A model generated the notes under the pieces. That model was not told where the DNA came from. It worked only from the letters and a program-made list of their open reading frames with translations, and made no database searches. The position numbers and the translations under genes are program-made. From positions 32,001 to 96,000 of the forward strand of contig JBFWJC010000005.1 of the NCBI GenBank assembly GCA_050253415.1: a stretch of 64,000 nt of DNA. The letters are read 5' to 3'. This document shows positions 1 to 8,796 of this stretch, piece after piece (within the stretch, counting starts at the first letter, position 1; each line of letters starts with the position of its first letter). The stretch is from Pedobacter sp. GTDB lineage: Bacteria; Desulfobacterota; Desulfuromonadia; Desulfuromonadales; Syntrophotaleaceae.

Positions 1-276
1 GCACCGGGATTCAAGGTACCCGCCTTCCGGCAGGTCAAGTTGTTCATGAAGGTGCCTTGTTAGATTGGTATCGCTCTCATGGCAGCGAGCACGCGTTTCA
101 GGGTGCTGGCGATGAAATTTTGTGCAGATGTCCTGCCAGCCGGCAGCCACGAGGACCGTTCCGTCAACATCGAGGATTGCTCCGAGAAAACCGGATACTT
201 TCCAAATCTTGTCCATCAGGTTCTGGACAGCATTAATGTCTACAATATCGGTAAGTTGTAATTTAATGTGTTTCAA
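1..276 (-). CDS. PocR sensory-domain signalling protein, N-terminal part (runs off the window edge)
   Basis: Not in the ORF track. Manual translation from TTG at 276: LKHIKLQLTDIVDINAVQNLMDKIWKVSGFLGAILDVDGTVLVAAGWQDICTKFHRQHPETRARCHESD, a PocR signature (W..IC..FHR.HP....C.ESD). Frame is open to base 1. Confidence 0.8.
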   Translation of the reverse strand, partial: MKHIKLQLTDIVDINAVQNLMDKIWKVSGFLGAILDVDGTVLVAAGWQDICTKFHRQHPETRARCHESDTNLTRHLHEQLDLPEGGYLESRC

Positions 277-472
277 GTTTTCCCTTTCAGAATAGCTATA
301 AAATATTATATGTGCTACAGCGTCCTGAGTCTTCTTGTTACTTGATTAAAATGTTAAAAAATACAATATATGCTGGGCCAGACTTGCCATTGTGAATTGA
401 AAACATAAGTATGAAAACTTACCGTTTATATGCAATTAAAGGTATTTATAACTTTCGGTATAAAAACTAGGC

Positions 473-2143
473 TCATCCAAACTGGTCAAGCCCCCGGTAG
501 ACCTCAACCCGGTTTCGCCCAAGGTTTTTCGCCTGATAAAGAGCGTTGTCGGCCTGATTGATCGTCTTGTCTATCGTTCCAACTTCCGGAAGTGTTTCGG
601 CCAAGCCTATGCTGATAGTGAGCTGCACCTGAGTTCCCTGCTCGGTAATAAAGCGTATCGATTCAACGGTTTTACGGATGCGTTCAGCGACTATGGCGGC
701 TTCCTTCATATTCGTTTCCGGCATGAGCAGCACAAATTCCTCCCCCCCATAACGTGCAAACAGATCGATCGTGCGCATGACCTGACTGCAAGTCTGCGCA
801 GTATCGTGAAGCACCTTGTCCCCGAAGGCATGCCCATAATTGTCATTTATCGATTTGAAATGGTCTATATCCAACATCGCTACCACTGCAACCGTTTTCT
901 TTCGTGCTGCCCGAAGGACCTCTTTTTGCGCAATATCGAAAAAATAACGGCGGTTGTATACCTGGGTCAGTTCGTCCTTTGTCGCCAGGTTTTTTAGCCT
1001 CATGGCTTTATCCAGAAGCACTTCGGCGGCACGGGCCATTTCGGCGATTTCATCATGACCCGCAAGGGGGAGGTCTCTCTCGCCCTCACCATTCGATTCC
1101 GTCACCATCGCGTTGCTGATAAGGCTCAACCTGTTACCGAACCCCTGTATCACGATCCGTCTATAAAGCATGTAGAAAACAGGCAATATACCGATTACCA
1201 AGGATATGGTCAGATAAAGAATATGTTTCCCCTTCTGGATTAGTCGGTTTGCATGCTGATAAAATTTAGCGAATACCGCCTTTACATGGTTGGAGGTCAG
1301 CAAAGTTAATTGACCGACACTGTCACTTAAGTCGTCAATAAATCCTGGTATTTTGTCGTTTACCTGGAGATACTGGCGTTTTTGAGAAAACAGCTTCTCC
1401 AGATTGGCGCAGCATATACGCAACGCCTTAAGACGGGGATCGGCAGCATCACGCTCTTGCCCGTGTTCACGGTCAAGCAGTCGCCTTCGGATTTTCTCAA
1501 ACACGTCCTGCAGTTCCTCAATATCCTGAAGAGTCCGCACCTCCTCTAGCCGACCAAACAGCAAAATCAGCTCCTGGATCTGCTTGTATATTGGGTCGTA
1601 TTGTCCAGTTGTGTCCGGAGGCTCTCTGGGTAGAATGATGTCAAAGGCAGGCAGACTGGCCAGCGTTGCCTGGATCTCCAGGCTCTTGTGTCGGCTTTCC
1701 TCCTCCAGACCCAGCTTTTGCATCTCCAACTGAACCACCAGTTGCACCTGGGTGCGAATGGCCTGGCTTAGCCAGTTAAGGGTTAGAATATCCGCATCCC
1801 TCTCCTGTTGCGAAATTTTAGCTGTCAGGTTTTCAAGCCGATCGAGCAAGCCATTGAGTTGTCTGAAATTTTGCTCTATCTCTTCTACGGTGTTATTCCG
1901 TATGAGTGATTTGACGTAATTATCCACCCCTTGAGCGGTACTCTGAAGATCGTTGGCGGTTTCGATTTTCGGCAGAGTGGTTTCCATAAAAAGCTGCGTA
2001 GCCACCAGCAACCGACTCGAGCAATAGATATAGATAAAGCCACTGCAGGCCAGGACGACCATGGCAAGCCCAAAAAGGCCAGAAAGCTTGGATTGAATAC
2101 TATAGAATAGGGATTTTTTCACTTCGGTGGGGTCTTTTTCCAA
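473..2143 (-). CDS. Membrane diguanylate cyclase with TorS-like helical periplasmic sensor and HAMP linker
   Basis: Two TM segments, helical periplasmic region, HAMP-like DEIAEMARA, DIDHFKSINDNYGH, intact GGEEF and RxxD I-site (RTID). Confidence 0.88.
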   Translation of the reverse strand: MEKDPTEVKKSLFYSIQSKLSGLFGLAMVVLACSGFIYIYCSSRLLVATQLFMETTLPKIETANDLQSTAQGVDNYVKSLIRNNTVEEIEQNFRQLNGLLDRLENLTAKISQQERDADILTLNWLSQAIRTQVQLVVQLEMQKLGLEEESRHKSLEIQATLASLPAFDIILPREPPDTTGQYDPIYKQIQELILLFGRLEEVRTLQDIEELQDVFEKIRRRLLDREHGQERDAADPRLKALRICCANLEKLFSQKRQYLQVNDKIPGFIDDLSDSVGQLTLLTSNHVKAVFAKFYQHANRLIQKGKHILYLTISLVIGILPVFYMLYRRIVIQGFGNRLSLISNAMVTESNGEGERDLPLAGHDEIAEMARAAEVLLDKAMRLKNLATKDELTQVYNRRYFFDIAQKEVLRAARKKTVAVVAMLDIDHFKSINDNYGHAFGDKVLHDTAQTCSQVMRTIDLFARYGGEEFVLLMPETNMKEAAIVAERIRKTVESIRFITEQGTQVQLTISIGLAETLPEVGTIDKTINQADNALYQAKNLGRNRVEVYRGLDQFG

Positions 2144-3243
2144 TAGCGGATATAACTTTCCCGATATCCGTTTTGCGGATCAAAAAGGTTAATTTGTCCA
2201 GTCTTAGGCCAGATATTCGTCAACGTAACGATATGAGGAGGAGTGACGTACCCGCTCGGCGAATGTTTCTGCAACAAACGATTGATTTCATCGACCAACT
2301 GCCATCCATGGAAAAGCAGCGGTTCGGGAACCGTTGCCTTCTGATAACTGCCGTTGCGAATACGCAAAAAGGCCGAAGCGCTGCCGTCTCCCGCTGAAAT
2401 ATTGAACGGCGGGCCTGTAGGACTATATCCGGCCGTCACCAAGGGTATGACGGCATGATCGAAATACAGATCGTTGATGCCAAGGGAGTACGTCCAGTCC
2501 TGGGCAAATTTTTCCATGAGTGTCGTCATCACCACCGGCAACTGCTGTGCTGCTTGATTTAACGCAACATCTATTACTTCCAAAACCGTGCAACCTTTAC
2601 AGCCGCGAATTATTTCCGCCATGGCATCGGATTTTTGCATAGCTATGGCGAAGCGGCTGTCGGTAAAGATCATGACGGAAGCCGTCCCAGCCGAATCAGC
2701 GATGACATAATGAGCTGCGGTGCGAGCCACCTCCAACGAATCCGTAGTCACGTTAACCTGAATCGGTGTACCGGCGACAGGTCCCGGAAATGGCGCGACA
2801 TGCCAGCCGACAATCGGGATTCTCGCCGCGGCGAATTGCTTCAGATACCGGGAGTTGGCAAGACCGTCCATTCCACCCAGTATCACCGCATCGGGATCCA
2901 TGGAGAGGGCCTCGGCAAAAATGGCCTCGCGCCTTTCGTCCTGGCTTCCGATATCCAAAAACCGGACCTTCCAACCAATGGCGGCCGCGGCCTCACGTAC
3001 TCCGGCGCCAATACCGAGGATACCCCCATTTCGCAGATCTTCGGCTATATAGACGACGGTTTTATCGGCCAGAGCGGCAGGCCCGGAGGGGGGAAGACGC
3101 CAACTCTTTGTCGAAGCGGTTGCCTGCATGGTAATTTTCAGGGATTGTCCGATTACTGACATTCCCCCACTGAACAGAATGGTAGGGTACACAAGAACCA
3201 AGCATATACAAAATATTATCAGTCGTAACATCTTTATACCCAT
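2119..3243 (-). CDS. Periplasmic sugar-binding-fold (TorT/RbsB-like) solute-binding protein
   Basis: Signal-peptide-like N-terminus and class I PBP pattern (GVREAAAAIGWKVRFLD; DAVILGG; ISAGDG). Overlaps the cyclase start. Confidence 0.8.
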   Translation of the reverse strand: MGIKMLRLIIFCICLVLVYPTILFSGGMSVIGQSLKITMQATASTKSWRLPPSGPAALADKTVVYIAEDLRNGGILGIGAGVREAAAAIGWKVRFLDIGSQDERREAIFAEALSMDPDAVILGGMDGLANSRYLKQFAAARIPIVGWHVAPFPGPVAGTPIQVNVTTDSLEVARTAAHYVIADSAGTASVMIFTDSRFAIAMQKSDAMAEIIRGCKGCTVLEVIDVALNQAAQQLPVVMTTLMEKFAQDWTYSLGINDLYFDHAVIPLVTAGYSPTGPPFNISAGDGSASAFLRIRNGSYQKATVPEPLLFHGWQLVDEINRLLQKHSPSGYVTPPHIVTLTNIWPKTGQINLFDPQNGYRESYIRYWKKTPPK

Positions 3244-3387
3244 TTCCCTCTCGCGCCTTTGTGATTTTCTTCGGGTAGAGGAAGCCCTTAATTCAAGCCC
3301 CAGGAATGTATAACTCTCAATTCAAAACGCGAACTCGATATGACAAAGCAAAGAGCAGGAATTAACCGCCAATCCTCATCAAACCGT

Positions 3388-3456
3388 GCAGGCAGTTTTG
3401 CTTTCCACGTCTTTTTGATGTCCTTCAACGCATTATTGCAGGTTTGCTATTATCGA
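3388..3456 (-). ncRNA. Possible degenerate GEMM-I riboswitch remnant
   Basis: Minus strand reads TCGATAATAGCAAACCTGCAATAATGCG...AAAGCAAAACTGCC. The 5' motif and terminal CTGCC match the intact copy at 16424-16500, but the central GGACGCAAAGC core is missing. Confidence 0.3.
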
Positions 3457-3490
3457 GAAGTTGCGCTGGTTCGCTTTTTCATAGGTCTCA

Positions 3491-3506
3491 TGCAAGGATT
3501 TAACCA
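3491..3506 (-). promoter_or_regulatory. sigma54 (-24/-12) promoter for the SBP-cyclase operon
   Basis: TGGTTAAATCCTTGCA = GG-N10-GC, 79 bp from a GCAACAATGGTTGC site. Confidence 0.6.
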
Positions 3507-3584
3507 GTAATACACAGTCCATCCCAAGTCATTGATCCCTAATGGAAAATCAAGGATATTCAGAGGGGGATAACAAAAAGGCCT

Positions 3585-3598
3585 GCAACAATGGTTGC
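3585..3598. promoter_or_regulatory. Palindromic operator (putative enhancer-binding-protein UAS)
   Basis: GCAACAATGGTTGC, one mismatch to GCAACAATTGTTGC, which recurs at 7717, 7827, 23641 and 23794. Confidence 0.6.
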
Positions 3599-3629
3599 CA
3601 GGTGGTCTCCATCCGGGAGATCATCAGTT

Positions 3630-3970
3630 CTAGCAGGCCGTTGAAAAACTAACAGAGAGGGAGCCTGTTCTGTTCCCGTAGTTCATTTTTTGATCTTTGA
3701 CAATCTATGGTCGCCCTGTATGGGCGTACCTCTCCTGAAACAGAGGGGCCAAGTCGCCAAGCGCATTATCCACCATGATTCGGATGGGGCGAAGAAGATG
3801 ATCCTTTGGAACTCGTGAGTAGCTGAACATGGCCTGCTTCTGTGGGTTTTCGCCGCGCATAATGTTTTCTCATTCAATATCAGTAACTTATTCGCGAAAT
3901 TATAACAAAGATGCGACTCTTGTTATCGTAAATTCGAGAGCCTGGGCGAACTGTTTTCAAAAACCTGGCA
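3630..3970 (-). mobile_element. IS5-family remnant, internally deleted
   Basis: From ATG 3860 on the minus strand: MRGENPQKQAMFSYSRVPKDHLLRPIRIMVDNALGDLAPLFQERYAHTGRP*, an IS5 transposase N-terminus. End CTAG-CAGGCCGTTGAAAAA at 3630 and a degenerate inverse near 3950-3967. Confidence 0.7.
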
Positions 3971-3989
3971 GGCAGAAAATCCTAGAATG

Positions 3990-4294
3990 GAAATACCGCG
4001 CTTCGCCACGTCAAATGCCGAATCGAATACGCTGAGCATTTTCTAGTTGCCTTGGTACATCACAATGGGATTATCTACCATCAAGGGTATCGTGTTTACA
4101 TTGCCCGCCTGCTCAAAGGTGACAATTTGGGAGTCGCAGAGACCGCTGATGGCGTCTGGAACGCCCACTTTGGTCCTCTACGATTAGGTACTTTAAAATG
4201 CAAGAGATCAAAAAGGCCCGCAATAACTATCTTAAACTGCATGTGTAACCTGTGTATCTGAACTTTTGTGTTACTTATATATTTGACTCCTACA
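3990..4294 (+). mobile_element. IS481-family remnant (transposase C-terminus and right end)
   Basis: YRASPRQMP...VHHNGIIYHQGYRVYIARLLKGDNLGVAETADGVWNAHFGPLRLG resembles IS481 C-termini. Followed by TGTAAC/TGTTAC subterminal repeats ending in TACA at 4294. Confidence 0.65.
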
Positions 4295-4387
4295 AGGTTC
4301 AAGCTATGGGATCATGTTCCATCAACATAGTGACAGCATATGTCACAGGCACCTTCCTTTGGTGGATAAATACCTGTAATTATATCT

Positions 4388-7351
4388 TTAATGGGCAATC
4401 ACATGATAGGGCGTTGGCGTTGGCGCACACCATGCGAGTCGACTAACCAACAAATCGATAGACCCAGGTTTTCCAAATAAATACCCTTGCAGAAGGTCAC
4501 ATTTAAATCGTTGTAGAAACTCGACTTGTAGTTCTGTTTCTACGCCCTCTGCCACAACAACAAGGGACAGATCATGTGCGAGGCGTATGGTTGATTCCAC
4601 AATAGAAAAGTCTTTATAATTGGTAAGCGCTGCCTGGATAAAGGACCGATCTATCTTTAAGGTACTAGCGGGTAAATTTTCAATGTAACTCAGCGAAGAA
4701 TATCCCGTTCCAAAATCATCAATCGATAGTTCTATCCCCATGCTTCGAAGATTATTTAGTTTTTCAAGAGATTTATCTAGATTTTCCATCAACTTTGATT
4801 CCGTCAATTCGAATACCAGACCTAGCTCCTTTGTTGGGTAATCCTGTTTTTCAAGAATGGATTTTGTTCGCTCGATAAAGGTGTCTTCACAGAGTTGGTC
4901 AATCGACAGATTGACAGAAAATTTTAAGGGTGGTAACCCCTGCTTTTTAAATTTGGTGATATCCTGACACACCGTTTTCAGTAGCCATTCTCCCATCGGA
5001 ACAATAAGGTTTGTTGCTTCGGCGACAGGGATAAATTCACTCGGGGGAACGGGGCCAAGTTTTTTGCTTTCCCATCGCATAAGAGCTTCTGCGGCCACAA
5101 TTTTTTCGGTTTTAGCATCCACGATCGGCTGATAATGAAGGTATAGCTCGTTCCTTTTGAGGGCCAGTCGAAGTTCTTGTTCAAGGACATGATTTCGCTG
5201 GGCTTTGGCTTGTATTTCAGGGCTGAAAAACGCGTATTTACTGCCCGTGGTATTTGCTAAAGATTCAAGTGCGGCAAGCGCATTTTGAAACAGGATGTAA
5301 TGATCGGTGCTATTTTGCGGGGCGATAGAAACGCCCGCTTTGGCTGTTACAAATATATTTTTTTCCTCGAGTGTGGGTGAATCGGGGAAAGAGTCGAATA
5401 GCCGCTTTAACCTTTCATCGATATCTGAAATTTTTTCCACGTTTTCAAATAGCATCACAAACCTGGAAGGGGAGATTCGGGCCAAGGTGTCCGCTCTTTG
5501 CAAATGTCGCTCTAAATAACGAACGACTTCTTTTACCACAAGGTCGCGATTTTCGATTCCATGAACTACCGCTATCTGGTCCAACTGGTCGATACGCACG
5601 GTGACTATGGCGAGATGTTTTCCAGAATCTTTCGTACGGATGAGTCCTTGTTGCAGACGGTTGTGAAGCAAAGTTCGGTTAGGTATGCCCGTTAAAGGAT
5701 CGTAGTGGCTCAACCGATTGATTTCGCCGTCTTTGTGGCAATATTCCAACCCCATTGAGGTATCGTTGGCGAGGTCTTTGAGAAGCTCCATTTCCTCATT
5801 GTTAAAAAAGTCTTTTTCCCTTGAATAAAAAGCCAGGACACCATCATTTTCCGTATCAACGGAGAGCAGGCATACAGCCATACTATTGATGCCGTGCCGC
5901 ATAGCGTTTTTGCGCCACGTTTCGGAGTAAATACTGTTCTCAATATCGTTACAAAAAAAAGCCCCTGGTTTTCGCAGACAACTTTCCCATGGTCCGTTTC
6001 CGTCAAGATTTTCCTTGTAAATTATGTCAGATGATTGGTTGATGTATTCGGATCCCGGTCCACTCCATGCCAAAGGCATTACTTCACCGGTTTCGACATT
6101 TTTTTGTCCTGCCGCAACCAGAAAATAGCCGCATTTGGTGCTGGCAATCTGGCATGCAGCTTTCAGTAAATCTTCTTTGTTGCGAGTTCTTAAAACGACT
6201 TTGTTGAATTCACTAATCACGGAGTACAGTCGATTCAGGGCAAAGATCTGCTTCTGAAAGTGCAACATGCCTAATTCTCTTTGCTCAAGGGTTCGAGCCA
6301 TAAAATTAAAGCATGTTTCTAAGCAAGCAAACTCCTCACAACTGCTATTAATTGTTGCATGGGTGGTTAAGTCACCTTTTGCGATATCCCTGAAATTTTC
6401 TACAAGATGATCCAGAGGTTGCAGGATCCACCTCTTTGAAAAAAAACAAATGAGTGTACCGACTCCAAGAATAAGCACCAAAAGGCCCACAAGATGTTTT
6501 TTGGTGCGCATATTCAACTCAGCATAAAGGCTGGATGTTGGAATACTCAGCGTCAGATACGTCGGGGAGGGGAACGACGCGAGACGGAATATTGCGGAAA
6601 CATGAGATACTCCTTGTTCATAAACCTCTTCCTTAAAGTAATAGGCATCTTGGTCCCGGGACAGTAAAGAAATATAATGGTTTGATGTCACTTTGGGCTG
6701 AGAACCCCGGTTTGTAGCCGTTGTAAAAATGGTTTCCCCGTTTTCATCGATCAATCTAAGGACTGTTCCTTCGGGAAAATTTGATTCACTGTATGCCTGC
6801 TCGAATCCGCCTAGAGACATGCCGGCTATCAAAACTGTCTTCAATCGGTTATTTGGGGTAAAAACTGGTAGCGCAAAGGCTATGACCGGTTGACCGGTAA
6901 CCTTTCCTCGAAGGAGTCCGCTACTGGTCATTTTTTCAATTTTAATGGCTTCTATAAAATAGGCACGATCGGAGAAATTATCAGGATTCGGCGTGGCAGG
7001 CTGTGTAAAAATCGCGGTACCGTCTGGATTGCAAAGGATAAGAGCCGATATGCATGGATGGGCTTCCCTGTATTCTTTGACGATCTTCTGCCAAGCGGCT
7101 GAAGGAAGGTACTGGTTACCTGCGAAGATTTGACTCAACAATAACAAATCGTTCCGAACGAACAAGAATTTCTTTTCTAGTTTTGCTGAAGTTGATCGAG
7201 ATAATTGAAGAAATTTTCTCTTGGTCGCTTCAAAGGCCAAGTTTTTATCTTGTACATGTTCATGGGCAATAATGCATATTAAAGGCAAGGTTATAATCGC
7301 TATTAAAATATAAATATAGACTTTTAATTTAAGCGTAAACTTTTGGTTCAT
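4388..7351 (-). CDS. Cache-HAMP-GAF-GGDEF(degenerate)-EAL c-di-GMP phosphodiesterase
   Basis: Two TMs, dCache motif FSDRAYF, HAMP and GAF. GGDEF site replaced by SPSRF; EAL and DDFGTGYSSL intact. Confidence 0.9.
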   Translation of the reverse strand: MNQKFTLKLKVYIYILIAIITLPLICIIAHEHVQDKNLAFEATKRKFLQLSRSTSAKLEKKFLFVRNDLLLLSQIFAGNQYLPSAAWQKIVKEYREAHPCISALILCNPDGTAIFTQPATPNPDNFSDRAYFIEAIKIEKMTSSGLLRGKVTGQPVIAFALPVFTPNNRLKTVLIAGMSLGGFEQAYSESNFPEGTVLRLIDENGETIFTTATNRGSQPKVTSNHYISLLSRDQDAYYFKEEVYEQGVSHVSAIFRLASFPSPTYLTLSIPTSSLYAELNMRTKKHLVGLLVLILGVGTLICFFSKRWILQPLDHLVENFRDIAKGDLTTHATINSSCEEFACLETCFNFMARTLEQRELGMLHFQKQIFALNRLYSVISEFNKVVLRTRNKEDLLKAACQIASTKCGYFLVAAGQKNVETGEVMPLAWSGPGSEYINQSSDIIYKENLDGNGPWESCLRKPGAFFCNDIENSIYSETWRKNAMRHGINSMAVCLLSVDTENDGVLAFYSREKDFFNNEEMELLKDLANDTSMGLEYCHKDGEINRLSHYDPLTGIPNRTLLHNRLQQGLIRTKDSGKHLAIVTVRIDQLDQIAVVHGIENRDLVVKEVVRYLERHLQRADTLARISPSRFVMLFENVEKISDIDERLKRLFDSFPDSPTLEEKNIFVTAKAGVSIAPQNSTDHYILFQNALAALESLANTTGSKYAFFSPEIQAKAQRNHVLEQELRLALKRNELYLHYQPIVDAKTEKIVAAEALMRWESKKLGPVPPSEFIPVAEATNLIVPMGEWLLKTVCQDITKFKKQGLPPLKFSVNLSIDQLCEDTFIERTKSILEKQDYPTKELGLVFELTESKLMENLDKSLEKLNNLRSMGIELSIDDFGTGYSSLSYIENLPASTLKIDRSFIQAALTNYKDFSIVESTIRLAHDLSLVVVAEGVETELQVEFLQRFKCDLLQGYLFGKPGSIDLLVSRLAWCAPTPTPYHVIAH

Positions 7352-7622
7352 TATTGCTGCCTATCTAAATTCTGGTTTGAAGTAGGAAGTTCACCAGGGA
7401 AATAAGAAAAGCGCCTGGTAAAAAACTTTTTTTAAAAATATGGATATTTCGAGCAAAACAAGGTAAGTGTGACGTGACCGGTTACCATTTTGAGGGAATA
7501 TGCTCCTGAGAGGGCGATGACTATGTCTCTCAATCAGATCCGCAATACTTTTCAACCCACGCACAACGGCTGAAATCACCGCCCTGAACTGGCCCCATAA
7601 GTGGCTAAGGTCACTTGAATAT

Positions 7623-7639
7623 AGCAAGCGTCCTGCCAA
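7623..7639 (-). promoter_or_regulatory. sigma54 promoter
   Basis: TTGGCAGGACGCTTGCT, close to the TGGCACG-N4-TTGC consensus, 79 bp from the operator at 7717. Confidence 0.75.
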
Positions 7640-7716
7640 CCCCTCAGTGTTATCTATAACCTGCTTATTTTATTAACAATGGTCCGCCACTGCCAAAAAT
7701 AGAGGTCTTGAGGATG

Positions 7717-7730
7717 GCAACAATAGTTGC
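7717..7730. promoter_or_regulatory. Palindromic operator GCAACAATAGTTGC
   Basis: Recurrent motif with fixed spacing to a sigma54 promoter. Confidence 0.65.
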
Positions 7731-7813
7731 TAAAAACATGATTAAAAAATCGTGGTAAAAAACGGTTTTCTTAATTATTTAAAGTACTTGTATTGCCATG
7801 AACACGGAAATAT

Positions 7814-7848
7814 AAAAAGAGTGTGAGCAACAATTGTTGCTCACACTC
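7814..7848 (-). terminator. Perfect 30-bp palindrome containing the operator; probable terminator and UAS
   Basis: GAGTGTGAGCAACAATTGTTGCTCACACTC (7819-7848) followed by a T-run on the minus strand, downstream of the 7925 gene. Confidence 0.6.
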
Positions 7849-7924
7849 AAAATGAACAAAATCTGTATCGTGGCATTTTTTGAGGGGCCGGAACCTGATT
7901 TATAGGTTCCCACTTGATAAAGCA

Positions 7925-8757
7925 TCAAACACCTATTGACATACCTTGCTGTAAGTCATTCTCTGGACTGTCGCTGGTAAGTACAATGGAACTCGACGTT
8001 TTTGAAGGAATAGTGTTGTCATAGACAAAGGTCAGTGCCCGTCGAACCCGGGCAAGCAACCGTGTGAAATCCAGCGGCTTGGCTACAAAATCGAAATACC
8101 CCATGTCAAGCAGCTGCGCCTCTTCTTCGGGGTAGGCACGAGTTGACATGCCGATTACTGGAATTTGGCGGGACCGGCAATTGGTCTGTAAGGTGCGAAA
8201 AACATCTTTACCGCTCATACCCGACAATGAAGATTCTAAAATGATAAGATGGGGTATTTTCCTCAGAACCAGCCTCAGGGCATCGGCGCCATTATCCACC
8301 GACAGGGTTCGGTATCCGAATTCCTGTAGCTTGGCGCAGATAGTTTTGCAATAGATTTCCTGATTGTCGACTACCAGAATGGTACGAAAATCGCTGCCGC
8401 GGGGGTCGGCTTCTTCCAGGTAAAATAATCGGATAGCCTGATCAATCTCGGCAGGCGTAGCAAGCACCGGCACCGTGCGCATACCGGTTCGAAAGGAAAT
8501 ATCATCCAAGGTAGCAAGATCCAGCGGGTTGCAGACCGCCAGATAAATTACGCCATTTTTAACCCCGAGGGGAAATATCTTTTTTTGCACCGCCAAGCGA
8601 CTGTCGATTTTTTTGGTCAGGGACTCAAACTGAACAGGTCGCCGGATTTGTTCGATCTTTTTCATCTGGAACTGACGCGCCAGGGCTCGGTTAAGATCGT
8701 TTTCCGAAATGACCCCATTCCGAGCAACATCTTGTCAAAACGTAAGCGTTTTCCCAT
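7925..8757 (-). pseudogene. MshEN/T2SSE_N plus receiver-like protein, frameshifted near the 5' end (ORF 7925-8665 intact)
   Basis: ATG 8757 with SD-like AAGGA gives MGKRLRFDKMLLGMG. One extra G in the GGGG run at ~8713-8716 would continue it as VISENDLNRALARQFQMKKIEQ. REC domain is atypical (IILE in place of the phospho-Asp). Confidence 0.65.
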
Positions 8758-8796
8758 GTACGACAATCCTTTTACAGGCTATCCGAGACTTTTTTG

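Noticed and set aside
79..261. 60-aa + strand ORF
   Set aside because: Antisense shadow of the PocR-domain gene on the minus strand.
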